Shown here piece by piece: positions 26,321-38,206 of a stretch of 64,000 nucleotides of DNA (positions are counted from its first letter, which is position 1; each line of letters begins with the position of its first letter). Source of the DNA: Octopus bimaculoides (taxonomy: Eukaryota); assembly GCF_001194135.2 (NCBI RefSeq), contig NC_069004.1, positions 20,980,611-21,044,610 on the forward strand, in the 5' to 3' direction. A program made the translations under genes and the position numbers. Under the pieces are notes generated by a model. It was not told the origin of the DNA. It ran no database searches and was given only the letters and a program-made list of their open reading frames with translations.

Positions 26321-27134
26321 ACATGGAAACATTCTAAACTGAAGGCAACTAGCTCTACCAAAGTGTGCTTCAAGGTGTAGCCCTCATGGCCAAATTCTAA
26401 ACAAGAAGCTTTAATATTCCAGCTAAAACTGTTCTGTTCTGCCACATCAGCAAGAACTGCCAACCTAAATTTCAACTGGAGAACTAACTCCACCACCACC
26501 ACCATCGCCACCACCACCACCACAACAACAACAACGATGTTGAGGATGATGTATTAACTCTACGGCTAACTAAATAACTAGATAAAGTATAGGACTGCAG
26601 TAAATGTTATCTTATTTTCATTTATGCATTCATTTTATTGCTTTATGTATTTTTTCCCTTAATTCAGAGAAGAAACAAAAGGTTAGAGTGAAAATGAGAG
26701 AAAGAGAGATGATTGTTCTCTTCACATTCTGTGCATATGCCTTTAAAAACGAAGTGCCAGCTGCAATTACATTGCATGTATGCATACAAAAGCATATAAG
26801 GATGATGTATATACACATGCGTGAGTGCATGAGTGTTTGTACGTATATATGTGTATCTATCTATATATATATATATATATATACTTCATCTTTGTATCTG
26901 GTTTGCAAGATTCTTTATGTGAATTCATGTGTTGAAGCAAATTTTGTTTTGTTTGGGGAGAGTGTATTATCTAACACACTCACCGGTTTGATTTCCACTT
27001 ATTTATTATTCATATTTTTCTTCCAAAATTTTCATTGTTTTTGCAACCTTGACAATGGATGTTGGCTCTGTCCATTATTGGAGCTGCATTCTTTTTTATC
27101 TGTTTGTGTGCATGTGTGTTTATGCATGCACATA

Positions 27135-28007
27135 CTAGGTCTGATCAATAAGTATCCAGGCTGTTGCTATAGTAATGAAGCTAAAGCATGCAGAGTAAAG
27201 CACACAGATTGACCTTAAACTTTGCTATGCTTGCACACTATGTTTTAACATTCTAGCTCACTTCTGCTATTTACAGCAGTGCTTGGAAGGAAGGTGTGCC
27301 ATGTGTGATCGTTGCATTGACCATGACAAAGAAAGTTGTCATGCTCAGAAGCCAACACAAAGTTGCAGAAAATGTATGGAGAGGAGTGTATGAGCCACAC
27401 AAGTGTAGGAGTGGTTCAGATGTTTCCAAGATGGCCGAAAAATGTCAATATTGATTAATGTTCTGGGGGGCCCACAACCAGCAGAACTGAGAAAAACATT
27501 GCAATGTTTGTGCAGCTGTGAGGGGAAATCATTGAATCACCATTCATGAGTTATCAGAGGATGTGCAAATTAGTTACACTTCAGTTCAGTCCTTTATTAC
27601 TGAAGATTTCGATATGAGACATGTATCCGCCAAGTTTGTGCCAAAACTGCTTCAGCTGACCATAAAAACGCTTGGGTTTCAGTTGCACAAGATCTCCTTG
27701 AATGTGTTGAGAATGATGAAAACTTTTTGAAAACTTTACATAGGTCTCTGAGCAGGTATCGCCAAGCTTCTGGCAAAATTTGATGCAGATTCACTGCGCA
27801 GCTTTCTCTGTATTAGTCACTGCAGTGATCACACACTACACACATTCCTTCCAAGAATTGCTGTAAACAGCAGAAGTGAGCTAGAATGTTAAAACTTAGA
27901 GCGCATGCACAGCAGAGTTCAAGGTCAATTTTTGCCAAGCAGCTTTACTCTGCATGCTTTAGCTTCATTACTATGGCAACAGTTCGGATACTTATTGATC
28001 AGAACAT
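27135..28007 (+). mobile_element. Non-autonomous mariner derivative with long (~165-170 bp) TIRs and only the N-terminal HTH region
   Basis: 27135-27300 is the reverse complement of ~27838-28007. Internal decayed SGGPTTSRTEKN..VSAKFVPKLL-type sequence; no DDD domain. Confidence 0.85.
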
Positions 28008-28068
28008 GCATGTGTATGTATGTATGTATGTATATATGTATATATGTATGTATGTATGTATGAATGCA

Positions 28069-28103
<35 letters not shown>

Positions 28104-28519
28104 CATTATTCAGTTTATTTCAAGATTTTTTGCCAATAGAGAAAGAACTGGTTTCTAACCTAGTTCCAAGGCTCCTTTATTGGAATTTCAACATCAACAA
28201 CAGGGTATTTTTGTTTGTATGTATGNNNNNNNNNNNNNNNNNNNNNNNNNNNNNNNNNNNNNNNNNNNNNNNNNNNNNNNNNNNNNNNNNNNNNNNNNNN
28301 NNNNNNNNNNNNNNNNNNNNNNNNNNNNNNNNNNNNNNNNNNNNNNNNNNNNNNNNNNNNNNNNNNNNNNNNNNNNNNNNNNNNNNNNNNNNNNNNNNNN
28401 NNNNNNNNNNNNNNNNNNNNNNNNNNNNNNNNNNNNNNNNNNNNNNNNNNNNNNNNNNNNNNNNNNNNNNNNNNNNNNNNNNNNNNNNNNNNNNNNNNNN
28501 TTTATTGAGGTCTTCACCG

Positions 28520-29066
28520 GAACATTTCACCAGTATTTCTTTTTATTATGAGTGGCTATGGCTTCTACCATATTATGGGTTCTTATTTCTTTGTTCCCAG
28601 GGTTATCCTTCCAATGGATTTCATTAGGGAGTGTCCTAGCTACAATACCATGTCTCATCGGTAGATGATACTGTGATGACATTTTTGGACAACTGCTTAT
28701 GATGTGGGTGATATCTTCAGTGTGAACTCCACAAAGTCTGCATCAGTTGTCACATTTTACTGCTTTTCCTGCATCTCTATCCCTTTTGTGCATCAGAAAC
28801 TTGGTTGATATTTCCTGTTCTTCGATTGCAAATGCATACCCTTCAAAGTGGGAGGTTGCAATCCAACTATTGATCCATGATAAACTGCTTTGATGATTGA
28901 TGTTACTATCTAGCTTTCTACTAATATAGCCATGCATAATCTTCTGCTCATATAGGCTCATCCTTTCATCTGATGACATGTTACGGCAGAGTCGTGCAGC
29001 TACTTTGGACATGTATTCTAGGTTATCAGGCAAAGAGTGTTGCTCAAGGAGAAACACTCCTGGATT
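28520..29066 (-). mobile_element. R4/Dong-like (RLE-type) LINE fragment with CCHC knuckle and RH motif
   Basis: FEGYAFAIEEQEISTK...CRLCGVHTEDITHIISSCPKMSSQYHLPMRHGIV. Confidence 0.75.
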
Positions 29067-29620
29067 TCCTGCAAAGTGATACCTTTTAGCACCTCTGTCT
29101 TTTTTTTGCTTCACCTCTTCCACATCTGCAAAACATTTTCCTTTAAGGACTTTTTCCATTTGCAGGAACAGAAAAAGTCACAGGGAGCAAGATCAGGTGA
29201 ATAGGGAGGATGGGCATTTGTGAGATGCAGTGACATGAAAACATCCCAAACTGTGGCAAAGTGGAAAGTGGTGGTTTCATCACAACAATGTGTCTGTGCA
29301 CATCGCCTTGAATGTGAAACAGTTTTTGCCAAAAGTGGCATGACCTCGCTTACCCATCCTCCCTATTCACCTGATCTTGCTCCCTGTGACTTTTTCTGTT
29401 CCTGCAAATGGAAAAAGTCCTTAAAGGAAAACGTTTTGCAGATGTGGAAGAGGTGAAGAAAAAAAAAACGACAGAGGTGTTAAAAGGCATCACTTTGCAG
29501 GACTTCAAGAACTGCTTCGAACTGTGGAAAACATGTTTGGATTGATGCATTGCTTCAAATGGAGAATAATTTGAAGGCAATGAAAATATAAACATGTAAA
29601 ATTAAGTGAATGAAATCACA
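29067..29620 (+). mobile_element. Mariner transposase 3' fragment with an inverted duplication
   Basis: HPPYSPDLAPCDFF, KKVLKGKRFADVEEVK. 29067-29214 is the near-perfect reverse complement of 29353-29502. Confidence 0.88.
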
Positions 29621-29769
29621 TTGCAAAATTCTGCTTTCTTTTGTGCATATGTGTGTGTGTGTATTAGTGTTTATCCTCTACCATTGCCTGACAACTGGTG
29701 CTACATCTCACAGTTCCACTACCTTTTTCAGTTGAGAGGTCTTTGCCTGGCAAGCTACTTGACAACCCT

Positions 29770-30480
29770 GCAGGTGCTTCTGTCATGTATAAAGTACCCA
29801 TACTTGCATCATGTAAAAAGCACCCATGCTGGTGCTACTTGGAAAGCGCCATTGTTGAAAGAACCCCAGGACACTCTGTAAAAGTGGTTGGCATTAGGAA
29901 GGGCATCCAGCCTTAGAAACCATGCCAAAACAGACAATTGGAGCCTGGTACAGCTCTCTGATTTGCCAGCTCCAGTCAAACCATCCAGCCAATACCAGCA
30001 TGGAAAAGAGATGCAAAATGATGATGACAATGTCTTGATCTTGCAAACTAAATACAAAAGTGAAATATATATTTTACATATATATCATATAGATATACAT
30101 ATTAGAGATGATAGACACAGACAGACAAATGGATTCATCATCATCATCATCATTTAACACCCGCTTTCCATGCTAGCATGGGTTGGACGATTTTACTGGG
30201 GACTGGTGAACCAGATGGCTACACCAGACGCCAATCTGATCTGGCAGAGTTTCTACAGCTGGATGCTCTTCCTAACGCCAACCACTACGAGAGTATAGTG
30301 GGTGCTCTTTACGTGCCACCGGCACAAGGGCCAGTCCGGCGGTACTGGCAACGGCCATGCTCAAATGGTGTTTTTTACATGCCATCTGCACAGGCGTCAG
30401 TCCAATGTTTTGTTCACATGCCACCAGCACAAGTGCCAGTAAGGCGAAGCTGGAAACGATCGCACTCAAATGGTGCTTAT
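29770..30480. mobile_element. Two RTE-tail repeats in opposite orientation (~29770-30030 +, ~30143-30480 -)
   Basis: GGTTGGCATTAGGAAGGGCATCCAGCC core and (CAT)n/(GAT)n tails. Confidence 0.8.
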
Positions 30481-31699
30481 TAATTATTGGGTCGTGGAAC
30501 AGACCTTCGTTAAATAAATCACAAACTAATGTAAGTACTCAGGTCCTTACAATTGGCAACAACTCTTGAAGGCGGTACCTAATGACTGAAACCAGTAAAA
30601 TAATTAAAAAGATGGTGCCATTTGTTCAGTTGTTATCAATAGCTTAAAATGCTGCCAAAGAAATTCTACTGAGGGATGGTTCAAGAGACAACACATGAAA
30701 AATATGTACTTTTCTTTTAAATCTAGTCAATGGTGGAATGAATAAAAAAAGCAGCAAAGAAAAAAACAAGAGGAAAGAGAACAACTTAGAAAACAAAATA
30801 ATTAGAATGTTTTTCAAAGAGCAGTATGAGGCATAACTTGTCTATAAGTTAGCAGCAGCAGCAGCAGCAGCAAGAAGAACAATAACAACAGTAGCTGCAA
30901 CAACAAAAGCAACAAAACAAAAATTTCTTGAACAGGATTGTAACTTTAGATACAGAGAAAAACAGTGAATTTTTGAATTTGTCCCAAGGCCACAAAGATT
31001 GAGACAGCGTGGCAATCATGCTTTTCTCAAGAGTATAAGCCAAGTAAGTGAGAAAAGGAATGGCTGTATGGCTAACAAATTTTCAATGCAAATGGAAGGA
31101 TCTAAATTCAATCCTAGAGAGTGACAACTTGGGTGAATAATTCTACCATTGCATTATAGAAACTGAGCAGATGATTGTCATCTATATATCATCCTCATCA
31201 TTATCATTTAGCATCTGTTTTGCATGCAGGTATGGGTTGGACGATTGCATCAGAAAAGAGTACAGTGAACTTGCCATAAGGAGTGGAAAATCCAACATTT
31301 CAGACAATGTCCTTTCTCAGGGAAAAGTTGAGAGGAGAGAAATAAATGAAAGACAGAACCCTTCAGCATTCATATTTCTTTGTCAAATGCTTATTTATTC
31401 ACATTGTTTTGAATTGTTCATGCATTATCTCACTGCTTTGAGATTCTGATGATGTAATAGTATATTTTTTGAATGGCTTTGAATGTAGGTGTGAGAGACT
31501 AGATCTGGCCAGTTAAAATGTTAATAGATTAAAGTCAAAAGCTTAAAGGATGTAAAACTGTCTTTTTTATTTTCTCAATTTTATATGCAGATGAAATGCA
31601 TGCCTTAGAGTTATCACCAAAATTCATTACATATAAGAAGGTCATAAAAGTTGATTGTCTGTCTGTGATGGAAAAACTACTCTTTAAAAAAATGGAGAT

Positions 31700-31970
31700 T
31701 AAGACAATACAACAGCAACACAAACATATGAAACCAAAACAACAACAACAATGATAATGACAACAACAACAGTGACAATAACAACAATGATAACCACAAC
31801 ACCCACACTGCCACCACCACCACCACCTTCAACACCCACAACAACAACTGTAACAACATCAACAATGAACACAACAACACCAGCAACAACAATGCTGGCA
31901 ACAATAACAACAACAACCACAACAAAGTAACACCAATAGCACCCTCTTCTACAGCACCAACAACAAATCA
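31700..31970. repeat. Compound (ACA/CCA)n tract
   Basis: Direct reading. Confidence 0.95.
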
Positions 31971-32099
31971 AACAATATGATGAGGTATTAGCCCACAGAT
32001 TTACCCTTCAACAAAAGGGTATGTATCCCACTACAGACTGACAGTGAGACAGAGGATAAGATTTCTTTAGCTAGAAATAGACTCTGACACATCTTGGAC

Positions 32100-34180
32100 C
32101 AATATAACAAAACCACTAGAAAACATAATGAGTGGGAGACCCACCAACTCAGTTCAACAGTTATCAAAGGCCTATGAAAACTGAAACAGTGGATTAGGAA
32201 CAAGGAATTAGTGTACCTCCCTACGGACAAGTCTGGTAGAATGTCAGTAGACAGCCCACAGAATTATGTCCAGACCATGTAACAACACATCAGTAGCATG
32301 AGAGGTTGAACCACAAGAATCTGAAAGAGTAGAAAAACTTCTCAATGCACACATAGGAATGTGGTGCAACATACTCCAGCCCAGAAAACGAACCAAAAGA
32401 AGTTTCCAAGCATTCAACAACGATGTTCCTACACTATATTATTCAGTGAGATGATACTCACTGAAATGTCACTGGATGTCTGCGTGAGCATGGAAGGCTT
32501 CCTCAATAGAATCAGTAGGTGCAACCACTCCAATGACCTCACAGGTTATGTAGTAGGTAGTATGGATGTGGTTTCACTTTACCCATCTATAGACATCGAT
32601 TTTGCTGTGGAAAAATGCATTGAGATTATCTGTGAGAGTAAAGTACAGTTCCGTGAAGTTAACAATAGGGAACTAGGCCTCCTCCTAAAACTAACCTATG
32701 ATTGCAACTACTAAGACAACCATGACCTAAGTAGATTCTGCTTCACCACGTTAGAGAAGGGAAGACCACCCACCGACACCTCAGCAGTGAAGAAAAGCAC
32801 CACAGAGAGCTGGAGTGGCTAGACCGCACCCACCCAGGACCCTGAGAATGATAATCAGGTGAAAACAATTATTGTGCATGCTAGAGGAGCTAGCGTGAGA
32901 ACCACCTTGAAGAACGACATAGTGTAGTTTGACAGGAAACTGTACATGCAGTTTCAAGGTGACTAGCCTCTTCATGACATGATGGGACAATCCCTAGCTG
33001 AACAATCCACAAAAGTATTGCTTTACTGTAGGTATGTAGATGACATCAATGTTCTAGTTAGGACAAACCCAAGTAACTGTATTGTAGAAACCAAGAGAAG
33101 CATAATGGAGAGCATCCAGCACATAGTTAACTCTATCCACCAAAGTATCAAGGTAACTATAGATTACCCCCCCCCCCCCACGTCAATAGACAGGCAACCT
33201 GTCTATTGATAGGTGCCTGTCTATTGAGAAGCATCCTAACAATAGACTCTCTGTCTTTGATACTGAACTTTGGTTAGAGATTTTAAACAACAGAGTGTAG
33301 CTCCTCTACTCCTATTACATGAAACCCATGGTTTCTAAATACGTTATTCAGAAGAACTCAGCCTTGTCACACGATATGAAAATTAGCACACTGATAGCAG
33401 ACCTAGTTAAGATAATGAATAACATGTCCCCACTATGCGAACCATATGAAACCAGGAAACATACAGAACTTCATGCACCACATGCAATTTTCTGAATATG
33501 ACCAGAAAGATAGGCTTCATGTATACAGGGGAGCTAGAAAGAACTTAGATAACATATGTAATGGAGCCAGTGATACCCATACTAGATAGAGAGGTAAAGA
33601 CTGGTATAGTATACAGAGGGTTTTTAACAAAGCAAACAGAGTGAACACATGGTACAGGGCAGACAAATATCAAAGAGTGATGTTTGTAGAGACCACATCT
33701 TATGGAAAATTAGCCCATAGATTTAGGAAGGCTCTGAAAGAGACCAAAAACATTAAGATCATTGAGAAGCCAGGGAGCTCCAACAGATCGCAGCTATGTA
33801 GGATGTACTCCTTTGAAAATACCACATGCACTAATGAGAACTGTGTAATATGTAAGAATAACGCTGGCATTAACTGTTAAGCTAGAAATGTAGTCTACAA
33901 CATAAGGTGCATAGAAGATACTTGTAAGGACAAAAACATGGCATACATTGGAGAGACCTCTAGAAGTATAGAAAAGAGAATAAACAGACACTTGAGGCAA
34001 TATGATGACAAAAACACAGTCCTCCATATTCTATCAACATGCCAAAGACCAACATAGCAGCACACTGGGCTGACTTGACATCCACATTTTATTCAAGCAC
34101 CCAAAGGATACATCACTCAAACAAATTCAAGAGTACATCCTCATAAATGAAACATCCTCCATTCTAAATAGGAAATAGAT
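32100..34180 (+). mobile_element. Penelope-like element (RT + GIY-YIG), heavily decayed
   Basis: VVGSMDVVSLYPSID, YCRYVDDINVL, YYMKPMVSK, CTNENCVIC, RNVVYNIRC..AYIGETSRS. Confidence 0.88.
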
Positions 34181-35599
34181 GTAGAAGATAGAGATATACC
34201 AATACCTACATAGAATATACATACACAAGTACATTTGCTAATAGGCAGTTAAGTAGGTAAATAAATGGGTAGGTAAATAGATATGTATGTAAAGAGATAG
34301 ATACATTGATAGGTAGGTAATATTACATAGGTAATACAGACAGATAAGAACACACACACACACACACACAAAAGGAGACGGAAACACATGACCTCATATA
34401 CACACACTCCATACACATGCATAAACACAAAGACACACATGGAGACACACATCCATAACAAATGCACATACAAAATCACACAAACTCATCCACATATACA
34501 CACTCAAGGAAGCAGAGCTACACACAAATGCATACACACACACACACACACATGAATATGCAGAATATATACATACAAGCATACATACACACACACACTC
34601 ACACACGCATGCTGGCATGTACACACATGCACGCAATAGAATCTCAAACAGGTAAAAGGAATGCAGTTCCGGTAATGGACAGAGTCAATATCCATGGACA
34701 AAGTTGCAAAAGCAACAAACATTTTTGGAAGACATGAAAAGAAATGGGTAGAAATTGAACTGGTGCATGTGTTACATATTAAGGCAGTTTGACTCTCCCC
34801 AGACACAATAAAAATTTGTTTCAACATACAAATTCATAGAAAGAATCTTTTAAACCAGATACAAAAATGAAATATTTTCTGGTGTCTAATTGTTGAATAT
34901 TGTTAACCAGATTCTTTTAATACTGAGTGTTTTATTGATAACTGCCAGGATATTTTAAAACCTTTTCCTTATAAAAATATATCTTTTATATTTTACTTGT
35001 TTCAGTCATTAGACTGCAGCAATGCTGCGACACTGCCTTGAAAAATTTTAGTCAAATGAATTGATCCCCATACTTATATTTGTAAGCCTTGTTCCTATTC
35101 TGTTGGTCTCTTGCCAAACCATTAAGTTATGAGGACATAAACACATCAACACCAGTTGTCAAGCTGTGGTGGGGGACAAACATAGACACAAAGACACTCA
35201 TATATATGTGTATGCATACACACACACACTCACACACACATATATATACATATATGTGTCGATAAGCCAGCTGGAGGAGATGTCCTCCTGGGGCTAAAAG
35301 CAACAGTAACATCCACCCCTAGGGGTCAGCCACACTTAAGTGGCAATATACTACACTTTATCGTGCAGTTACTGTTAATACTTCATTTAGAGAATTAACA
35401 TTGCTTGTTTTCACCTTTNNNNNNNNNNNNNNNNNNNNNNNNNNNNNNNNNNNNNNNNNNNNNNNNNNNNNNNNNNNNNNNNNNNNNNNNNNNNNNNNNN
35501 NNNNNNNNNNNNNNNNNNNNNNNNNNNNNNNNNNNNNNNNNNNNNNNNNNNNNNNNNNNNNNNNNNNNNNNNNNNNNNNNNNNNNNNNNNNNNNNNNNN

Positions 35600-35636
<37 letters not shown>

Positions 35637-35659
35637 TACACATACGTATGTATATTCAG

Positions 35660-36190
35660 TCATGACTGCTTTTGATCTTCTGTGTGTAAACAAGGCACAA
35701 GTTTTGCTGCAACTCTTTTTATTCACAATTCCTCGCTCAAAACTTCTGGGCAGAAGCTCCATGACACACCAGTCATATCAACAAATTCCTCAATTGTTCG
35801 GTAATGGTCAATGAATTTTCATGTTTTCATTTGCGTGGGAGGTCTACAGTCATCCTGAACGAGGTTGGTCTTCAAGCTACATTTGATCATTCCTAAAGCA
35901 CGGAAACACTCATAAACTTGTGTTTTGCTCATGGCAGCATCATTGTAAGCTGTTTAAAGTATGACACCTGTTCCAGCTGCCATTTTCCCCAGCAGAAAAC
36001 AGAATTTCATGGAAGCACACTGTTCCGTCGTATCACCTGTTGCAAAAACTGACAAACAAGAGAGAAGCACTGCGAAACAAAGATGCATCATATGACAGTG
36101 TGACTATAACCAACAACACTGGTTGGCAGACTGATGCTCGAGAGTTGTATCAAGTGGCTTCTAGCAGCAGAAGCTCGAACTATACAGAAC
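35660..36190 (-). mobile_element. Mariner transposase N-terminal fragment, decayed
   Basis: Interrupted frames resembling EDQPRSG, GVSWSFC and KRVAAKLVPCL. Confidence 0.65.
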
Positions 36191-36217
36191 ATTTCTGGTT
36201 ACTTTTGGGTACCCTCT

Positions 36218-36254
<37 letters not shown>

Positions 36255-36399
36255 GGCTTCTTTTAGTTTCTATCTACCAAATCCACTCACAAGATATTGG
36301 TCAGTCTGAGGTTATAGCTGAAAACACTGGCCCAAGATGCCATGCTCAGAACTATGTGGTTAGGAAGCAAACTTCTTGCCATACACCCACTGTGGAAAG

Positions 36400-37600
36400 A
36401 GTCAAATAACACCCTGCTCCATAAGAAGGGTGATAAAGAAGATATTAAAAAAAAAACTATTGTCACGTATGCTTCCTGTCTCACTTCTATAAGCTGTTTA
36501 CAAAGGTCATAGTCATCAGACTATCAAAAGATCTACAGCCAAGAGAGTAAATGGGTTTCCATAAGAACTATATTTCTATAGATCACTCTAACACAGCTCA
36601 TAGAACAAACAAATGAATACAAGCTTCCTCAGTATTGCTTTTGTTGATTATGAAGAGGCCATTGAAAGCATGAAGATGAACACAGTGGTGAAATCTCGAG
36701 GCAAAATACATCAAACTGTTCAGAGATGCAAACTGAATGTACAACAGATATAGCTCTGCTATCACCACCAGTAAGGGTCCTATTTGAGAATGGGTGTCAA
36801 GCAAGAAGGCATCATCTTTCCGAAGCACTTTGCTACATATCTACAAATGGTCATCAATGACATTGACTGGTCAGCTGGCGTGAATATCAATGATGAGCAG
36901 CAAACACACCTCTGACTCACGGATGACATTGTACTTATCACTGAAACCACATAGCACCTGCAGACCATGGTGGCAGAGCTGAACACTCAGTCTTAAAATG
37001 AACTGCATGAAAACAAAATGTATGTAGTTGGAAGATGTAGTACAAGGCCAAATAGATGTGAAAAGTGAGGATATTGAAGAGGCAATGGAGCATATCTACT
37101 AAGAGCACACAGCGAATATGCACCAACATATGGAAGCTGAAATCTCAAAGAAAATAAGGGTAGAATGGAAGGCATTTAATTCAATAAAGGATGTGCTCCA
37201 AACAAAGCTAGACAGTGCCATATGTACTAGACTATCTTATCTGTGTTCTTCTATGCAAGTGAGAAGTGGGCTATAATGTAAAGGGCCATGGAAAGATCCA
37301 TGCAAGGAATTTCACAAGGAAAGCACATTCAAAATAAGATCATTCAAGAACAGAGCATAGTGAATGATGTGATTGCAGAGTATCAAAAGTACAAGTTTTG
37401 CTAGGCCGTACATGTCACAAGGTTCACAGACAAGTGGACCAGTGCAGTTGCTAAGTGGTATCCAAAAAAAAAAAAAACAGGAAAAGGTCACTTGCAAAGC
37501 CTCTACAATGATGGGAAGATGATTTGGTCAAGCAGTTTGGAACAATCAAGACAAAATTGGAAGCACATTTTGACCAGCAGTGTAACAGCATCTGATGGCC
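36400..37600 (+). mobile_element. Decayed RTE-like LINE RT fragment (another family)
   Basis: Degenerate GVKQEG..FPKHF, HL*LTDDIVLI, EISKKIRVEWKAFNSIKDVL and HVTRFTDKWT motifs. Confidence 0.7.
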
Positions 37601-37631
37601 TGGTTGATACTATGATATATATGTGTGTTAT

Positions 37632-38025
37632 GTGGTTGTTGTTGTTGGCACTCCGTCGCTTACAACGTCGAGGGTTCCAGTTGATCCGATCAATGGAACA
37701 GCCTGCTCGTGAAATTTACGTGCAAGTGGCTGAGCACTCCACAGACACATATACCCTTAACATAGTTCTCGGGGATATTCAGTGTGACACAATGTGACAA
37801 GGCTGACCCTTTGAATTACAGGCACAACAGAAACAGGAAGTAAGAGTGAGAGAAAGTTGTGGTGAAAGAGTACAGCAGGGTTCGCCACCATCCCCTGCTG
37901 GAGCCTTGTGGAGCTTTAGGTGCTTTCGCTCAATAAACACTCACAATGCCCAGTCTGGGAATCGAAACCGCGATCCTATGACCGTGAGTCCGCTGCCCTA
38001 ACCATTGGGCCATTGCGCCTCCACT
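37632..38025 (-). mobile_element. tRNA-derived SINE family C with (CAA)n tail
   Basis: Reverse complement begins GTGGAGGCGCAATGGCCCAATGGTTAGGGCAGCGG...GGTTTCGATTCCC (A/B boxes). Confidence 0.85.
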
Positions 38026-38206
38026 GTGTTATGTGGTAAGGTTTCAACAAATAAAATAACACTTGATCAGCTTTGTGAGTAAAGATAATGTTATTGTGAA
38101 ATACAGCTACCCAACCCTAACCCTTACCATTTTTCAAGCTGAGAACAAGACCATTTGTCAGTTGCTTTATAAGCAGATGATGCTAACAAGGTACACTAAT
38201 AAGGAA

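Noticed and set aside
26340-26480. Minus-strand LKFRLAVLAD as candidate Rab exon 1
   Set aside because: No Gly codon followed by a phase-0 GT donor, and the downstream residues do not fit a P-loop.
28743-29159. 138-aa ORF fusing mariner C-terminal residues to an R4-like LINE segment
   Set aside because: Accidental product of the inverted duplication; the LINE part hits a stop just before its zinc knuckle.
30989-31043. Possible 55-nt plus-strand exon (CCCAAG|...CCAA|GTAAGT; ATKIETAWQSCFSQEYKP)
   Set aside because: No recognisable homology and no partner exons; splice-like words occur by chance at this scale.
37940-38025. tRNA-like sequence, and similar heads of the other SINEs
   Set aside because: A/B boxes continue into SINE body and tail with no complete cloverleaf; SINE heads, not tRNA genes.
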